Shown: in pieces, positions 13,701 to 25,679 of the stretch
Position numbering within the stretch: the stretch's first letter is position 1
Layout: each line of letters opens with the position of its first letter
Origin: Heptranchias perlo
Taxonomy: Eukaryota
DNA length: 64,000 nucleotides
Assembly (NCBI RefSeq): GCF_035084215.1
Contig: NW_027139559.1
Location: 1,612,001-1,676,000 of the forward strand
Direction: 5' to 3'
Made by a program: the position numbers and the translations under genes
The notes under the pieces: model-generated
The model's input: the letters and a program-made list of their open reading frames with translations, nothing else
Databases searched by the model: none
Told to the model about the DNA's origin: nothing

Positions 13701-14029
13701 GATTATTGGCCTTGGAATCTGGCAGAGCAGTTTCACTCGAAGGATACCAAGCTTAGATCCTTAAACAATAACGACAGGTTGCATAAACTAGTCTTATAGT
13801 CCATTGAGTGCAGAAGATTGAGTTGTGATCTGATGGAGTTGATTAAAATTTTAAAAATTTTCGATAGGTTCGATACAGGGAAACGATTTCCTCCGTTCCT
13901 GAAATCAAGAACGATGAGGCACAATCTTCAAATTACAGCTTGGCCATTTCGGAGGGAAGTCAAGAAGAACAGAAAAATAATCAGAAAAAAATCGATTCTG
14001 AGCCGAAGAAGATGTGATGTCTAAATGAT

Positions 14030-16160
14030 TGGAAAAAGAGACACATTTTAAGGAGTTTTAAACGTGGAAGAGCGACGTGGAGAGAAAGGACGGTTCATGA
14101 ATGGGATTCCAGAACCTATGGCCGAGACGACTGAATGCTCAGCCCCCATTTGTGGGTCGCCGGGAAGGGGTGGTCCACAAGATGTCGGAGATGGTTGAAC
14201 ACAGATTTATCAGGGGGCTGTATGGCTTGAACAGTTTACAGAGATAGGACGGGTGAGGCTATAAAGTGATTTAAACACAAGGATGACAATGTAAAATTTT
14301 AATCTTTAGGGGACTTGGAGCGAAAGTAGATCAGCGAGCACAGGGGTGACGGTCAGCAAAGTTATGAATGAGCTCGAGTTCATGGAGAGTGGAAGATGGG
14401 AGATCGGCCTGGAGACCGTTGGAATTTTCGAGTGTGGAGGTGACAGTGTCATAGATGAATGTTCCTGGAGCAGGTGGATGAGGTATTCTGGTACAAGTGA
14501 TGTTACAGAGGCGAAAGAAGGCTGCCTTCGTGATGGAGATGATATGCGGTCGGAAACTCATCCCAGCATCAAATAGATTGCGAACAATCCTATTCCAACC
14601 GAACAGAATGACCGGAGAGCGGGATGGAATTGCTGGCGAGGGTACGGAGTTTGTAGAAGGAGCAGAAGACGATGGCTTCAGTCTTTCCAATATTCAATCG
14701 GAGTAAATTGTGGCTCATCCAAGTCTCGATTTCGGACATGCAGTCTGCCAAGACAGAGGTAGTGGACGGGTCGAGAGAGCTGGTGGTAAGTTAGAGCTCG
14801 GTGTCATTCACGGACATGTGGGAGCTGACCCCATGTGTTTGCATGATCTCACCAAGGGGCAGCGTGCATATGAAGGCGATGGGGTGAAGGGTAGATCCGT
14901 GGGAGACTCCAAATATATCGGCACGGGATTGGGAATTGAATGCATTGCTGAAGATACTCGGGCGACGATTGGATCGGCAAGAATGCAAACAAACGTGGGC
15001 AGTCCAACTTAGCTCGACAAGAGAGGAGAGGCGTCGGTGAAGGAGGGGGTGGTCTAACCTGCCATTGACTGCAGACAGGTCGAGAAGGCTGAGAAGGTAG
15101 AGTGCATCACGGTCACAGTCACAAAAGATGCCATTTGCAACATTGATTTGGGCCGTTTCAGTGATGCTGCAGGGGCGCCAATCTTATTGGAGAGATTCAA
15201 ACAGGGAGTTGCGGGACAGGCGGGCTTGGATTTGAGGAGAGGAAACCGTTAACAATAACTAATCACTTGATGGCCAGGAAGTTGGGTGGTCCGACGTTTA
15301 GTGGTGTAAAGAACAGGAGTTTGGTCCGATGGGAATTATGAGCAGGGAGACGGTATGAAATTAGAAAGGAGAGAAAGTAGAGAAAGGGCCAGGTTCAGGG
15401 TTAACTGATGGAGATGCCTGGGGGAGGTTTTGCTTGATGGGTAAGGGGTATATCCCAGAGGCAGATGAATATATGTTCTGAATAGTGACAAACAAGTCCG
15501 TCAGTTACTCGCAGTTGTTAATGGTGAGGGTGGAGGGGCAGTGGAGAGAAGTTTAACGAGACGGTTGGCAGTGGAGAAAGGAAGACAAGGGTTATGTTTG
15601 CGTCCCAGGATAATCATGGAGTAGTGGGCTGTTTTATCAGAGGAGACCAAGGCCCGATAGGTTTTGATCTGGTCGAGGCAGATCTGGCAATGGATGGCTG
15701 AACCAATTCGTTACTCTGTGGCTTAAGGGAGTGAAGATGAGGGATGAGCCAGGAGACTGATCAGGGTGGAAGAGCGTAAGGGTTTTATTGGGGTTAAGGA
15801 CATCAAGGTGTCGATGAGTGAGTGGCTGAGCAGATGGATAAATGGAGAAATATCCTGGGAAATGGACAACTAAAGGCGAGTAAGTTGGGAGTTTTAAAGT
15901 GTCGCTCTAAATGTCTTGGCGAGCGAATACTTTTTCCAGCGGCGGACACAGTAGGAAGTGAGGTTATAATGGAACTGGAGATGTGAATGGTAAGGGCTGC
16001 TGGGGTTTGGTCGGTTATGTCCATGCATGTGACCGGGAAAATGGAAGTCGAGAAGCCACGGGAGATCGCAAGGTCGAAGAAATCAAGGAGACAATCACTG
16101 CAGTCAGAATGTGGGTTTCACATTGTTTGCCCTTCCCCATTGTTATTAATATTAATATAT
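14030..16160 (-). mobile_element. Decayed L2-like LINE
   Basis: GVSHGSTLHP..LPLGEIMQTHGVSSHMSVNDTEL; SITKAAFFRLCNI. Confidence 0.8.
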
Positions 16161-16429
16161 AGTGCTGGGGCAGTTCCTCTGTACAATCATGTAACATTTG
16201 ATCAATTATATTTAGTTATATAAAAAGTGCTGGGTTTAAAAGAGGTTAACTGAATGTGTTTGTTCAGTGAATGTAATTAATGTCAGTCTCCATGGACACT
16301 AATTGAGTCACTGGAGGGTTTCCCTCTGCTATAAATCAGGGATTTAACTCAAGGTATTACTCAATGGTATCAGTCAGAGCATCACCCTAAGCACAAGCAC
16401 GGAGCAGCGGCTATCAGGAGAGGGGAGGA

Positions 16430-16514
16430 ATGCTCCTTCAGTTTCAGATACTTGCGGCCGTTCATGCCGTACAGAAGATATACTACCCCATCCTGGCTGC
16501 TGTCGGGATCCCGG
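16430..16514 (+). CDS. GPR139/GPR142-like class A GPCR, coding exon 1
   Basis: MLLQFQILAAVHAVQKIYYPILAAVGIP, start of TM1; phase-1 donor G|GTAAG; TATAAAT at ~16331. Confidence 0.85.
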
Positions 16515-16624
16515 GTAAGGAACTACCTCCTGCTATCCATGTTGTAAATCTTGTTTAACTGTGTGACTGTATTTTCTGTGTGACTTGCTGAGTACTTCCA
16601 GCATTTTCCGTTTTTATTATTAGT

Positions 16625-17950
16625 TTTAATCTAGTCGGCTTCAGGCAGTCAATTAAATTTCATCAACAGTTATAGGACTCTAGGTTAGAACTGATCGAGT
16701 CCGGTTCAGATACTTAATCACATCTCACCAACAGTTGCACGACACCAGATTAGAGCTTATCGATTCGGGTTTAAACACTTAATCAAATCACACCAACAGT
16801 TACAGGACTCCAGGTTAAAAATTATTTAGTCGGGTTAAGATGCTTAATCAAATCTCACCAACAGTCACAGGAATTCAGATTAGAACTGATGTAGTCGAGT
16901 TCAGATACTTAATCGAATCGCACCAACGATTATAGGACTCCAGGTGTGAACTGATCCAGTTGGGTTCAGACAATTGAACAAATCTCACCAACAGTTACAC
17001 GACACCAGATTACAATTGATCGAGTCGGGTTCAGATACTAAATGAAATCTCAGGAACAGTTACTGGACTCCAGATTAGAACTGATCCAGTTGGGTTCATA
17101 CTATTAGTTAAATCTCACCAACAGTTACAGGACTCCAGATTCGATCTGATCAAGTCGGGTTCAGATACTTAATCAAATCTCACCAACAGTTACAGGGCAT
17201 CAGAATAGGACTGATCTTGTCGAGTTCAGGGAATTAATGAAAACCCACCAATATTTACAGAGCTGCAGATTAGAATTTATCGAGTCGGGTTCAGATACTG
17301 AATCAAATCTCACCAAAAGTTACAGGGCTTCAGTTTAGAACTGATCGAGTCGGGTTTGGACACTTAATCAAATCTCAGCAACAGTTACTCGAATCGAGAT
17401 TAGAACGGATCCAGTCGGGTTCAGATACTAACTGAAATCTCACCAACAGTTACAGGACTCTAGATTAGAACTGATCCAATCGGGTTCAGATAATTAATCA
17501 AATCTCACCAACAGATACAGGACTCCAGATTAGAACTGATTTCGTAGGGTTCAGATAATTAATCAAATCTCACCAACATTAGCAGGACTCCAGATTATAA
17601 CTAGTCTAGTCTGGTACAGGCACTTAACCAAATCTCACCAACAGTTACTGGACTCCAGGTTTGAACTGATCTCGTCGGGTTCAGACACTGAATCAAATCT
17701 CACCAACTGTTACAGGACTCCAGATTAGAACTGATCTAGTCGTGTTCAGATACTGAATCAAATCTCACCAAGGGTTACAGGACTCCAGATTATAACTGCT
17801 CGAGTCGGGTCCAGGCACTTAAACATATTTAACCAACATTTAGAGGAATTCAGGATAAAACTGATCTAGTCGGGTTCAGATAATGAATCAACTCTCACCA
17901 ACTGTTAAAGGAGTACAGATTAGAACTGATCTAGTCGGGTTCAGATACTT
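16625..17950. repeat. 65-bp minisatellite (~20 copies) in the GPCR intron
   Basis: Unit CTGATCTAGTCGGGTTCAGATACTTAATCAAATCTCACCAACAGTTACAGGACTCCAGATTAGAA. Confidence 0.92.
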
Positions 17951-18084
17951 TGTTAAACCCCAAGGTGGTAAATTATATTCATTTTATTATTAAATACAAA
18001 GAACGAAATCTGCATTCACACAGCTGGTTATAATGTGAATCATTTGCGATGTTCTAAAAAGGGTGATTGGAATTAGCGTTCATT

Positions 18085-19745
18085 ATTCTCCACGGCCTGT
18101 CTCTCCCCATTGACTCGGGTTGTTTAAAGGGCGGCTGATTCCACATTGTTCATTATACACCACGGCCTGTCTCCCATCCATTGACTCGGGGTGTATGAAG
18201 GGCGGCCGATTCCACATTGTACATTATACACCACGGCCTGTTTCCCATCCATTGACTCTGGGTGTCGAAAGGACAGCCGATTCCACATTGTACACTATAC
18301 ACCACGGCCGGTCTCCCACCCATTGACTCGGTGTTTAAGCGGCGGCCGATTCCACATTGTACATTATACACCACGGCCGGATTGCCATCCATTGACTCGG
18401 GGAGTATAAAGGGCGGCTGATTCCATTCAACAGAAAGTAGGAATAAACGGGTCTTTTTCCGGGTAGCAGGCAGTTTCTAGTGGGGTACCGCAGGGATCAG
18501 TGCTTGGGCCCCAGCTATAAACAACATATATCAATGATTTGGATGAGGGAACTCATTGTAACATTTCCAAGTTTGCAGATGGCAAACAGCTGGGGTGGAA
18601 TGTGAGCTGTGAGGAAGATGGAAAGAGGCTCCAGTGTGATTTAGACAAGTTGGGTGAGTGGGCAAGACGATGGCAGCTGCAGTATAACGTGGATAAATGT
18701 GAGCTTATCCACTTTTTTTGTAAAAAACAGAAAGGCAGATGATTATCTGAACGGTGATAGATTGGGAAAAGGGGAGTTGCAATGAGACCTGGGTGTCCTT
18801 GTGCACCAATCGCTAAAAGCGAGCATTCAGGTGCAGCAAGCAGTTCGGAAGGCGGAAGGTATGTTGGTCTTCATTGCAAGAGGATTTGAGTACAGGAGCA
18901 GGAATGTCTTACTGCAGTTCCACAGGGCCTTGGTGAGACCACATCTGGAGTATTGTGTGCTGTTTTGGTCTCCTTTTATAAAGAATGATGTCCTTGCAAT
19001 CGAAGGAGTGCAAGGAAGGTTTACCAGACTGATTCCTGGGATGGCAGGACTGAGGTATGAGGAGAGATTGGGTCGACTTGGCCTATATTCACTCGAGTTT
19101 AGAAGAATGAGAGGTGATCTCATCGAAACATATAAAATTCTAACAGGACTTGACAGACTTGATGCAGGGAGGATTTTCCCAATGGCTGGGGAGTCCAGAA
19201 CCAGGGGTCACAGTCTCAGCATACGAGGTATGCCATTTAGAACAGAGAAGAGGACAAATTTCTTCACTCAGAGGTTGGTGAACCTGTGGAATTTTCTACT
19301 TCGGAAGGCAGTGCAGGCTAAGTCATTACATGTATTCAAGAAGGAGATGGATATATTTCTTAATGCTAAAGGGATCAAGGGATATGAGGAAAAAGCGGGA
19401 ACAGGGTACTGAGTTAGACGATCAGCCATGATAATTTTGAATGACGAAGCAGGCCCGAAGGGCCGAATGGCCAAGTCTCGCTCCTGTTTTCTATATTTCT
19501 ATGTTTCTATGCACATTATACACCACTGCCTGTTTACCATCCTTTGACTTCGGGTGTATAAAGGGCGGCCGATTCCACATTGTACATTTTCACCACGGCC
19601 GGTCTCCCATCCATTGACTTCGGGTGTGTAAAGGGCGGCCGATTCCCCATTGTACATTATACACCACGGCTGGTCTCCCATCCATTGACTCGAGGTGTAT
19701 AATGGGCGGCCGATTCCACATTGTACGTTGTACACCAGCACCTGT
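18085..19745. repeat. ~70-bp minisatellite split by a CR1 insertion (arms 18085-18425 and 19511-19745)
   Basis: Unit CACGGCCTGTCTCCCATCCATTGACTCGGGGTGTA..GGGCGGCCGATTCCACATTGTACATTATAC on both sides. Confidence 0.9.
18426..19510 (+). mobile_element. CR1 LINE 3' fragment
   Basis: RT C-terminus (SKFADG, VRPHLEYC, RRMRGDLIETYKIL) and (TTTCTATG)n tail. Confidence 0.92.
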
Positions 19746-20245
19746 CGGTATAAATACCCCGAGTATCTGCAGAGAGAAGAGGGAAGTCACCAGTTTGGAC
19801 GTGAACCCTTCTCAAAACATGATTGGTCATATCATTAGATTATTTAAAGTGAACATTGTTTGTACGTCGATTGAAGATTCTGTGATTGGAAAGATTTTTT
19901 AAATGTTTCTCAATAAATATTTTACATTCAGTTGACTTGAAGTTTCAGATTTGAGTTGAAGTTCAAGCAATGTCCGGTTTAATTAACAGTTTATTTAACA
20001 CCTAGTGTTATGTTTCCATGATTTAATCCCACACCCGGATTCGTTTTACAATTTATTACTGAGCAGTTAGTTCTAGTTTTCATTGTAATTCCTGTCTCCA
20101 GCTGAAAGCCCGTTCACAATGAAAGTTATTCAATTCCATGATTGGAAGCAATAACAAGTCTGGAAATTTCACCCCAACTCAATCAAACCTCTGATTTCGC
20201 TCTCATCCTGCTCCTAATGTGTCTGTTTGTTTCTCTTCTTACCAG

Positions 20246-21141
20246 TTAACTTAGTGACGATCAAGATTCTGTGTCAAGGAACGTGCGGACTCTCCAAATG
20301 TGTCACTCGCTATCTGGTAGCCATGGCAGCGGCGGATCTACTGGTCGTTATCATCGATCTGATATTGAGGCAGATTCCGATTGCTCATCAAATAAGCATT
20401 GTGCGATCCATTCCCGTGTGTAATATTCACGCGGTCCTGCTGTACGCAGCCACAGACTGTTCTGTCTGGTTCACCGTTAGTTTCACCTTTGATCGATTTG
20501 TGGCCATTTGCTGCCAGAAACTGAAAACTAAATATTGCACCGAGAAAACGGCGGCTGTGATTCTCGGAACAGTGAGTGTGCTGTCCTGTTTAAAGAACAT
20601 TTTCTGGTACTTTATGTATCAACCTTGGTACACGATGTATAATAAACCCTGGTTTTGTTATGTGAGCGTCCGTGTTAAGACTTCAGGATTATGGACAGCA
20701 ATCGAACTCCTTCATTATATTCTCACCCCGTGTGTCCCGTTTGTTCTGATTCTGCTGCTCAATGCTTTCACCGTCAGACACATTTTAGTGGCCAGCAGAG
20801 CCCGCAGGAGACTCCGGGGACACGACAGTGGGGAGAGTCCCAGAGACCCAGAGATGGTGAGCCGAAGGAAATCCATCATTTTAATGTTTGTTATCTCGGG
20901 GAATTTCATCCTGTTATGGGCGATGTTTATGATGTGTTCTATAGCTCAGCGAACGTGGTATCTTGGTTATATGTCTTTAGAACCACCTCTTTTTGGACGA
21001 GAAATTGGATTCATGCTCCAACTCCTGAGTTGCTGCACAAACACTTGTATTTATGCAGTGACCCAGAGTAAATTCAGAGAGCAGTTGAAGAATGTGGTGA
21101 AATATCCCATTACTATAATTGTTAAATTCATTAAACGTTGA
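20246..21141 (+). CDS. GPR139/GPR142-like class A GPCR, coding exon 2 (spliced product ~326 aa)
   Basis: Acceptor accag|TTAAC gives ...GIP-VNLVTI; motifs YLVAMAAADLL, FTFDRFVAIC, CVPF, CTNTCIYAVTQSKFR; open frame. Confidence 0.92.
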
Positions 21142-21204
21142 GAGGAATGGAAGAATTTCCAGCTTCAGTATTCAATCCTGGTTCATGTTCCACCCGACCC
21201 GATA

Positions 21205-22080
21205 GTCCCCGCCGCACTGTCGGAGTGTCAGTACTGAGGGAGCGCTGCACTGTCGGAGGGGCAGAACTGAGGGAGAGCTGCACTGTCGGAGGGTCAGTAC
21301 TGAGGGAGTGCTGCACTGTCGGAGTGTCAGTACTGAGGGAGCGCTGCACTGTCGGAGGGTCAGTGCTGAGGGAGCGCTGCACTGTCGGAGGGGCAGAACT
21401 GAGGGAGTGCTGCACTGTCGGAGGGTCAGTACTGAGGGAGCGCTGCACTGTCGGAGGGTCAGTGCTGAGGAGTGCTTCTCTGTCGGAGGGTCAGTGCTGA
21501 GGGAGAGCTGCACTGTCGGAGGGTCAGTGCTGAGGGAGCGCTGCACTGTCGGAGGGGCAGAACTGAGGGAGTGCTGCACTGTCGGAGGGTCAGTACTGAG
21601 GGCGAGCTGCACTGTCGGAGGGTCAGTACTGAGGGAGAGCTGCACTGTCGGAGGGTCAGTGCTGAGGGAGCGCTGCACTGTCGGAGGGGCAGAACTGAGG
21701 GAGTGCTGCATTGTCGGAGGGTCAGTACTGAGGGAGAGCTGCACTGTCGGAGGGTCAGTACTGAGGAGTGCTGCTCTGTCAAGAACTGCTGTCTTTTGAC
21801 TGACACGCTAAACCTCTCAGGTGGACTTGATTGATCCCACCGGGCTATAACGAAGAAGAACAGTGGAGAGTCCTGGACAATATTTATCACTCAACCAACA
21901 TCACTGAAAAACATGATCATTGTCACGTTGCTGTCTGTGGGCTCTTGTTGTGCACAAATTAGCTGCCGTGTTTCCTACATTAGCACCGCAATGACTACAC
22001 TTCAAAGTACTTCATTAGCTGTAAAGTGCTTTCGAACAACCTGCGGTCGTGAAAGGCGCGGAATAAATACAAGTCGCTCT
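21205..22080 (+). mobile_element. Shark SINE (DeuSINE/SacSINE1-like) with a 33-bp internal tandem expansion (21210-21780)
   Basis: (GAGCGCTGCACTGTCGGAGGGTCAGTACTGAGG)n followed by SINE body and GTGAAAGGCGC..ATAAATACAAGT tail. Confidence 0.75.
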
Positions 22081-22111
22081 TTCTCAGATGGCGCAAATGA
22101 GCATTTCCTAA

Positions 22112-23460
22112 TGTAAAACACACACACTCCAACTAGTTTTGCTGCAGCTGTAGGAGGTCACGTACAGGACGAGGTCAGGGCCTCGTGTATGACAAACATT
22201 ATTCACTAACAGTTGATAGGAACAGATGAGAAATGTTATTCCCATAAGACCAGGTAATCTGGAGAGAGTGTGGGAATGCAAGATTATGAACAGGACTGGG
22301 TATAAGATGGGTTTTATCATCGAATTGATGAAGAAAATGTATTAACCATAAGTCACAGTATTTACTAGCCCCCGAATTTGTACTAATGATAAAGATCAAC
22401 GACTGTCCCACAAACCCAACCTAACTGGCGAGCTGTCTGGGCTGGAATTGATTGGGTATTTGAATGTCTGATTTGGGTCGGGTCATCTCTCGTCAGACCC
22501 ATTTCAAGCTGATTGCGGAATATGGAGGATCTGGGCGAATATATAGATGAGTACTCGGTGCATCATGGCGAGACATCTCGAACGATCAGTGATCTTCTGG
22601 GAAAGACAGAGTCCTTGATTGAGTTAGCATAGGTCATTAAAAAGGACATTCTGCAGATCTCGAGGAAGGTTAGAACCAAAATTGCATTGCTGCTCGTGGC
22701 TGAGATCCGAGTCCAATAATGGTCTCAGAAAGGTGTGAGAAAGATTGAAGGAATGAAATAAACAGCTACAAGAGGATAGGGCGATGGAAGTACACGATGA
22801 GAAGGGGAAGGCAGAGAAAGAGTTAAATATAAAGGTAGAGAAAAGAGATAAAGCTGAGACACTTGCTGCACAGGTTTGAGCAAGTAGGATTCCACGTGCT
22901 GAAGTTCTGCTAAAGAGAAGTCGAGGGGTGGAGGAGTTAGAAAGCGCTGTAGCGGAATTATGGATGAACAATGGTCCAGCTTTCGGCAGACACAGCCGAT
23001 TTTACAGGAGTAGGGACCATCAGGCAATTCCGCTGTAGTTACAGTGTTAGAGAATGAGTCGTGTCCATCTGACGCATCTCGTTCACCCTGTTCAATGAAT
23101 AGTCACCAACATCTGTTCCTCCACCTCCACTTTATCCACCGTTACCTGCCGCCCCTGTGCTATTCCACACTACGCGTCACTTCCATCAACTCCAACCCAA
23201 CCCCAACCCATCATTCATTTCCAGCTGCGTCACCTCCACCTCACACTTCCCCACCACTCCAAGCTGCCCCAACACCAAGCCCAACCTATCCTCCACTTCC
23301 AGTCGCTTCAACTCCACGTCCCACCGAAACACGTCTCCCATCTGTCCCAATCTCCAGACCGTGGCCTTCCGCCATCCACTGGCCCCCACTCCAGCCCGAA
23401 TATGTCCATCAGCAACTCCTTGTCTGCAGGTGGAATCCATAATCTCCTCAACCGCTAATC
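22112..23460 (+). mobile_element. Possible LTR retroelement/ERV remnant (LTR, PBS, decayed gag)
   Basis: TGTA start; TGGCGAGC at 22426 is complementary to the tRNA-Arg(ACG) 3' end; then Glu/Lys-rich coiled-coil-like and Pro-rich remnants. Confidence 0.4.
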
Positions 23461-23487
23461 AGTGAAAAGAGGATCCTCGTGGAGCAG

Positions 23488-23567
23488 TGCGTGTCGGTTT
23501 AGGAGATTTGATTTTCGCTTCGGTATTTTCACTGATTGAAATACGAGTTTAAATCCCTCACGAGCGC
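23488..23567 (+). pseudogene. Possible tRNA-Pro(CGG) remnant
   Basis: GGTTTAGGAGATTTGATTTTCGCTTCGG...GAGTTTAAATCCCTCACGAGC resembles Pro tRNA ends. Confidence 0.35.
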
Positions 23568-24404
23568 GGCTGTGATACCATTTTAAGTCAAAAATCACCC
23601 ATTGGCTTCTCACATATTTTCAGCGTCATCACCAACGTCATCTTATTGACCATCACCTGGGACCAGTGAGGATTTTCACCCTATTCCGCCACCTCCTCAT
23701 CACCGTTGTCATAGTCATCAAAATTCACACACCCTCATTCTGAAAAAAGACCTTTGGAGAGGAAATGAAGTCTGTGCAACCCCCAGAGATTGTGCCAAGA
23801 TAGAGACTGTCTGTAGTTCGTTCTTCGAAGTGGTGCATCAAATGGAGGAAGTTCACCCAGTCAAACACTGTCAGGACACGCTCGCCAGTAACGACATTGT
23901 GATTTGGATCAAAGGCGGTTAAATGGAGTTACGATGGAGATCAGCCAGAATCTAAAAGAACGGCTCGAGGGGGTGAATAGTCAACACCTGTTACTTTAGT
24001 CCGAAGGTGTCGCCAACCTTGAGCCAAGTTTCACTCGAAGCCATGATGCCAATGCAATCATCCATAGTATGTACTTGGGTGGAAATCTGAACTATAAGAT
24101 TCTATGACTCTGACACATTTCCTCTGACAAACCCCAGTCAGGGGCTTGTTTGATGCATCTGCTCAAAGCAGATTGGCGCAGGTCCCCTGCAGTGTTGTAT
24201 GGCATCAATAATACAAGGCCAGCAGCGGGTGGTCACAACTTGGTCAGTGCTTCTCCAGTGAGGCAGAGCCGCAAAAATTATGTCTTGTCTGACATCCCCA
24301 CGTACCACTACGATGATTTTTAATTCGGTTCCAGGGGCATTGTTGCCAGAAGTGCCTTCAAACCTGAAAATGTTTTCCAGTGTTACCTTTACCCAGATCA
24401 TGCA

Positions 24405-25230
24405 TACAGAACATCTGAAATCCGAACAGGAGTAGGCCATGCGGCCCTTCGAGCCTTCTCCGCCACTCATTAAGATTATGGTTGAACATCGACCTCAACT
24501 CCATTTTCCTGCCTGATCCCAATATCCCATGAGAACCCTAGTGTCCAGAAATCTATCAATCTCAGCCTTGAATATACTCAAACACTAAGCATCCACAGCC
24601 CTTTGGAGTAGAGAATTCCAAAGATTCACAACCCTCTGAGTGAAGAAATTTCTCCTCTTCTCAGTCTTAAATGGCCGACCCCTTATTCTGAGACTATGCC
24701 CATTAGTTCTACACTCTCCAGCCAGGGGAAACAACCTCTCAGCATTTACCCTGTCAAGCTCCTTCAGAATCTTATATATTTCAATGAGATCACATCTCAT
24801 TCTTCTAAACTACAGAGAAAATAGGCCCATTTTATTCAACCTCTCCTCATAGGAGATCTCTCTCATCCCAGGAATCAATCTGGTGGACCTTCGTTACACC
24901 GCCTCTAAAGGCAAGTATATCCTTCCTGAGAAAGTGAGAACGAAACTGTGCACAGTCCTCCCAATGTGGTCTCAACAAAGCCCAGTACAACTGTAGCAAG
25001 ATTTCCTCACTATAAGGAAGTATTGCTGCAATTGTTACAACCTTGCAATAAAGGCCAACATTTAGTTTGCCCTCCTAATTGCTTGATGTTCCTGCATGCT
25101 AACTCTGTGTTTCTTGTCCGAGGACACACATATCTCCCTGAACACCAACATTAAATATTTTTCACCATTTAAAAATATTCTTCTTTTTTGTTCTTCCTAC
25201 CAAAGTGAATAACCTCACATTTCCCATTCA
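24405..25230 (-). mobile_element. CR1 3' fragment
   Basis: MRCDLIEIYKIL...RRNFFTQRVVNLWNSL. Confidence 0.88.
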
Positions 25231-25679
25231 GCGTGGATAGATTCTCCTATTCTTGTAGACCTGCCCTTTTTACATCAGTGGTAGGGACCAAGGCAGCGTG
25301 ACATTGACCATTGGAAAAATGCAGCCTGCAGTACAGAAAGGAACAAGAACAGGGAAAGCTACCTATGTACACTTGTACGAATGGAGGAACACAGAAACAT
25401 CTGATCCACACTGCAGCTCGCAACCCTCCCAATTGCTGGTGTTGTAACGAAAGAGTTAGTCTGACGAACTTGAAGTCTGTTGATGTAATATAGTTTCCTT
25501 CATTTTGTAATGACGTTAGTTCTTAGTCCTTGTTTCGTTAGTCTGAAGGATGAATCAAAATTCTCAGATAATTGGCACAAGAAGCATAGGGGAAATGAGG
25601 TGACATTTTAAGCAACGAGTTGTTATGATCTGGAATTGCCAGAAAGGTTGGTGGATGCAGATTCAATAGATTGTAAAGT

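Noticed and set aside
21131-21890. Repetitive ORFs in many frames (RERCTVGGSVL etc.)
   Set aside because: By-product of a 33-bp tandem repeat
23044-23465. Pro-rich protein gene
   Set aside because: No splice or promoter support; low-complexity sequence within a probable retroelement remnant
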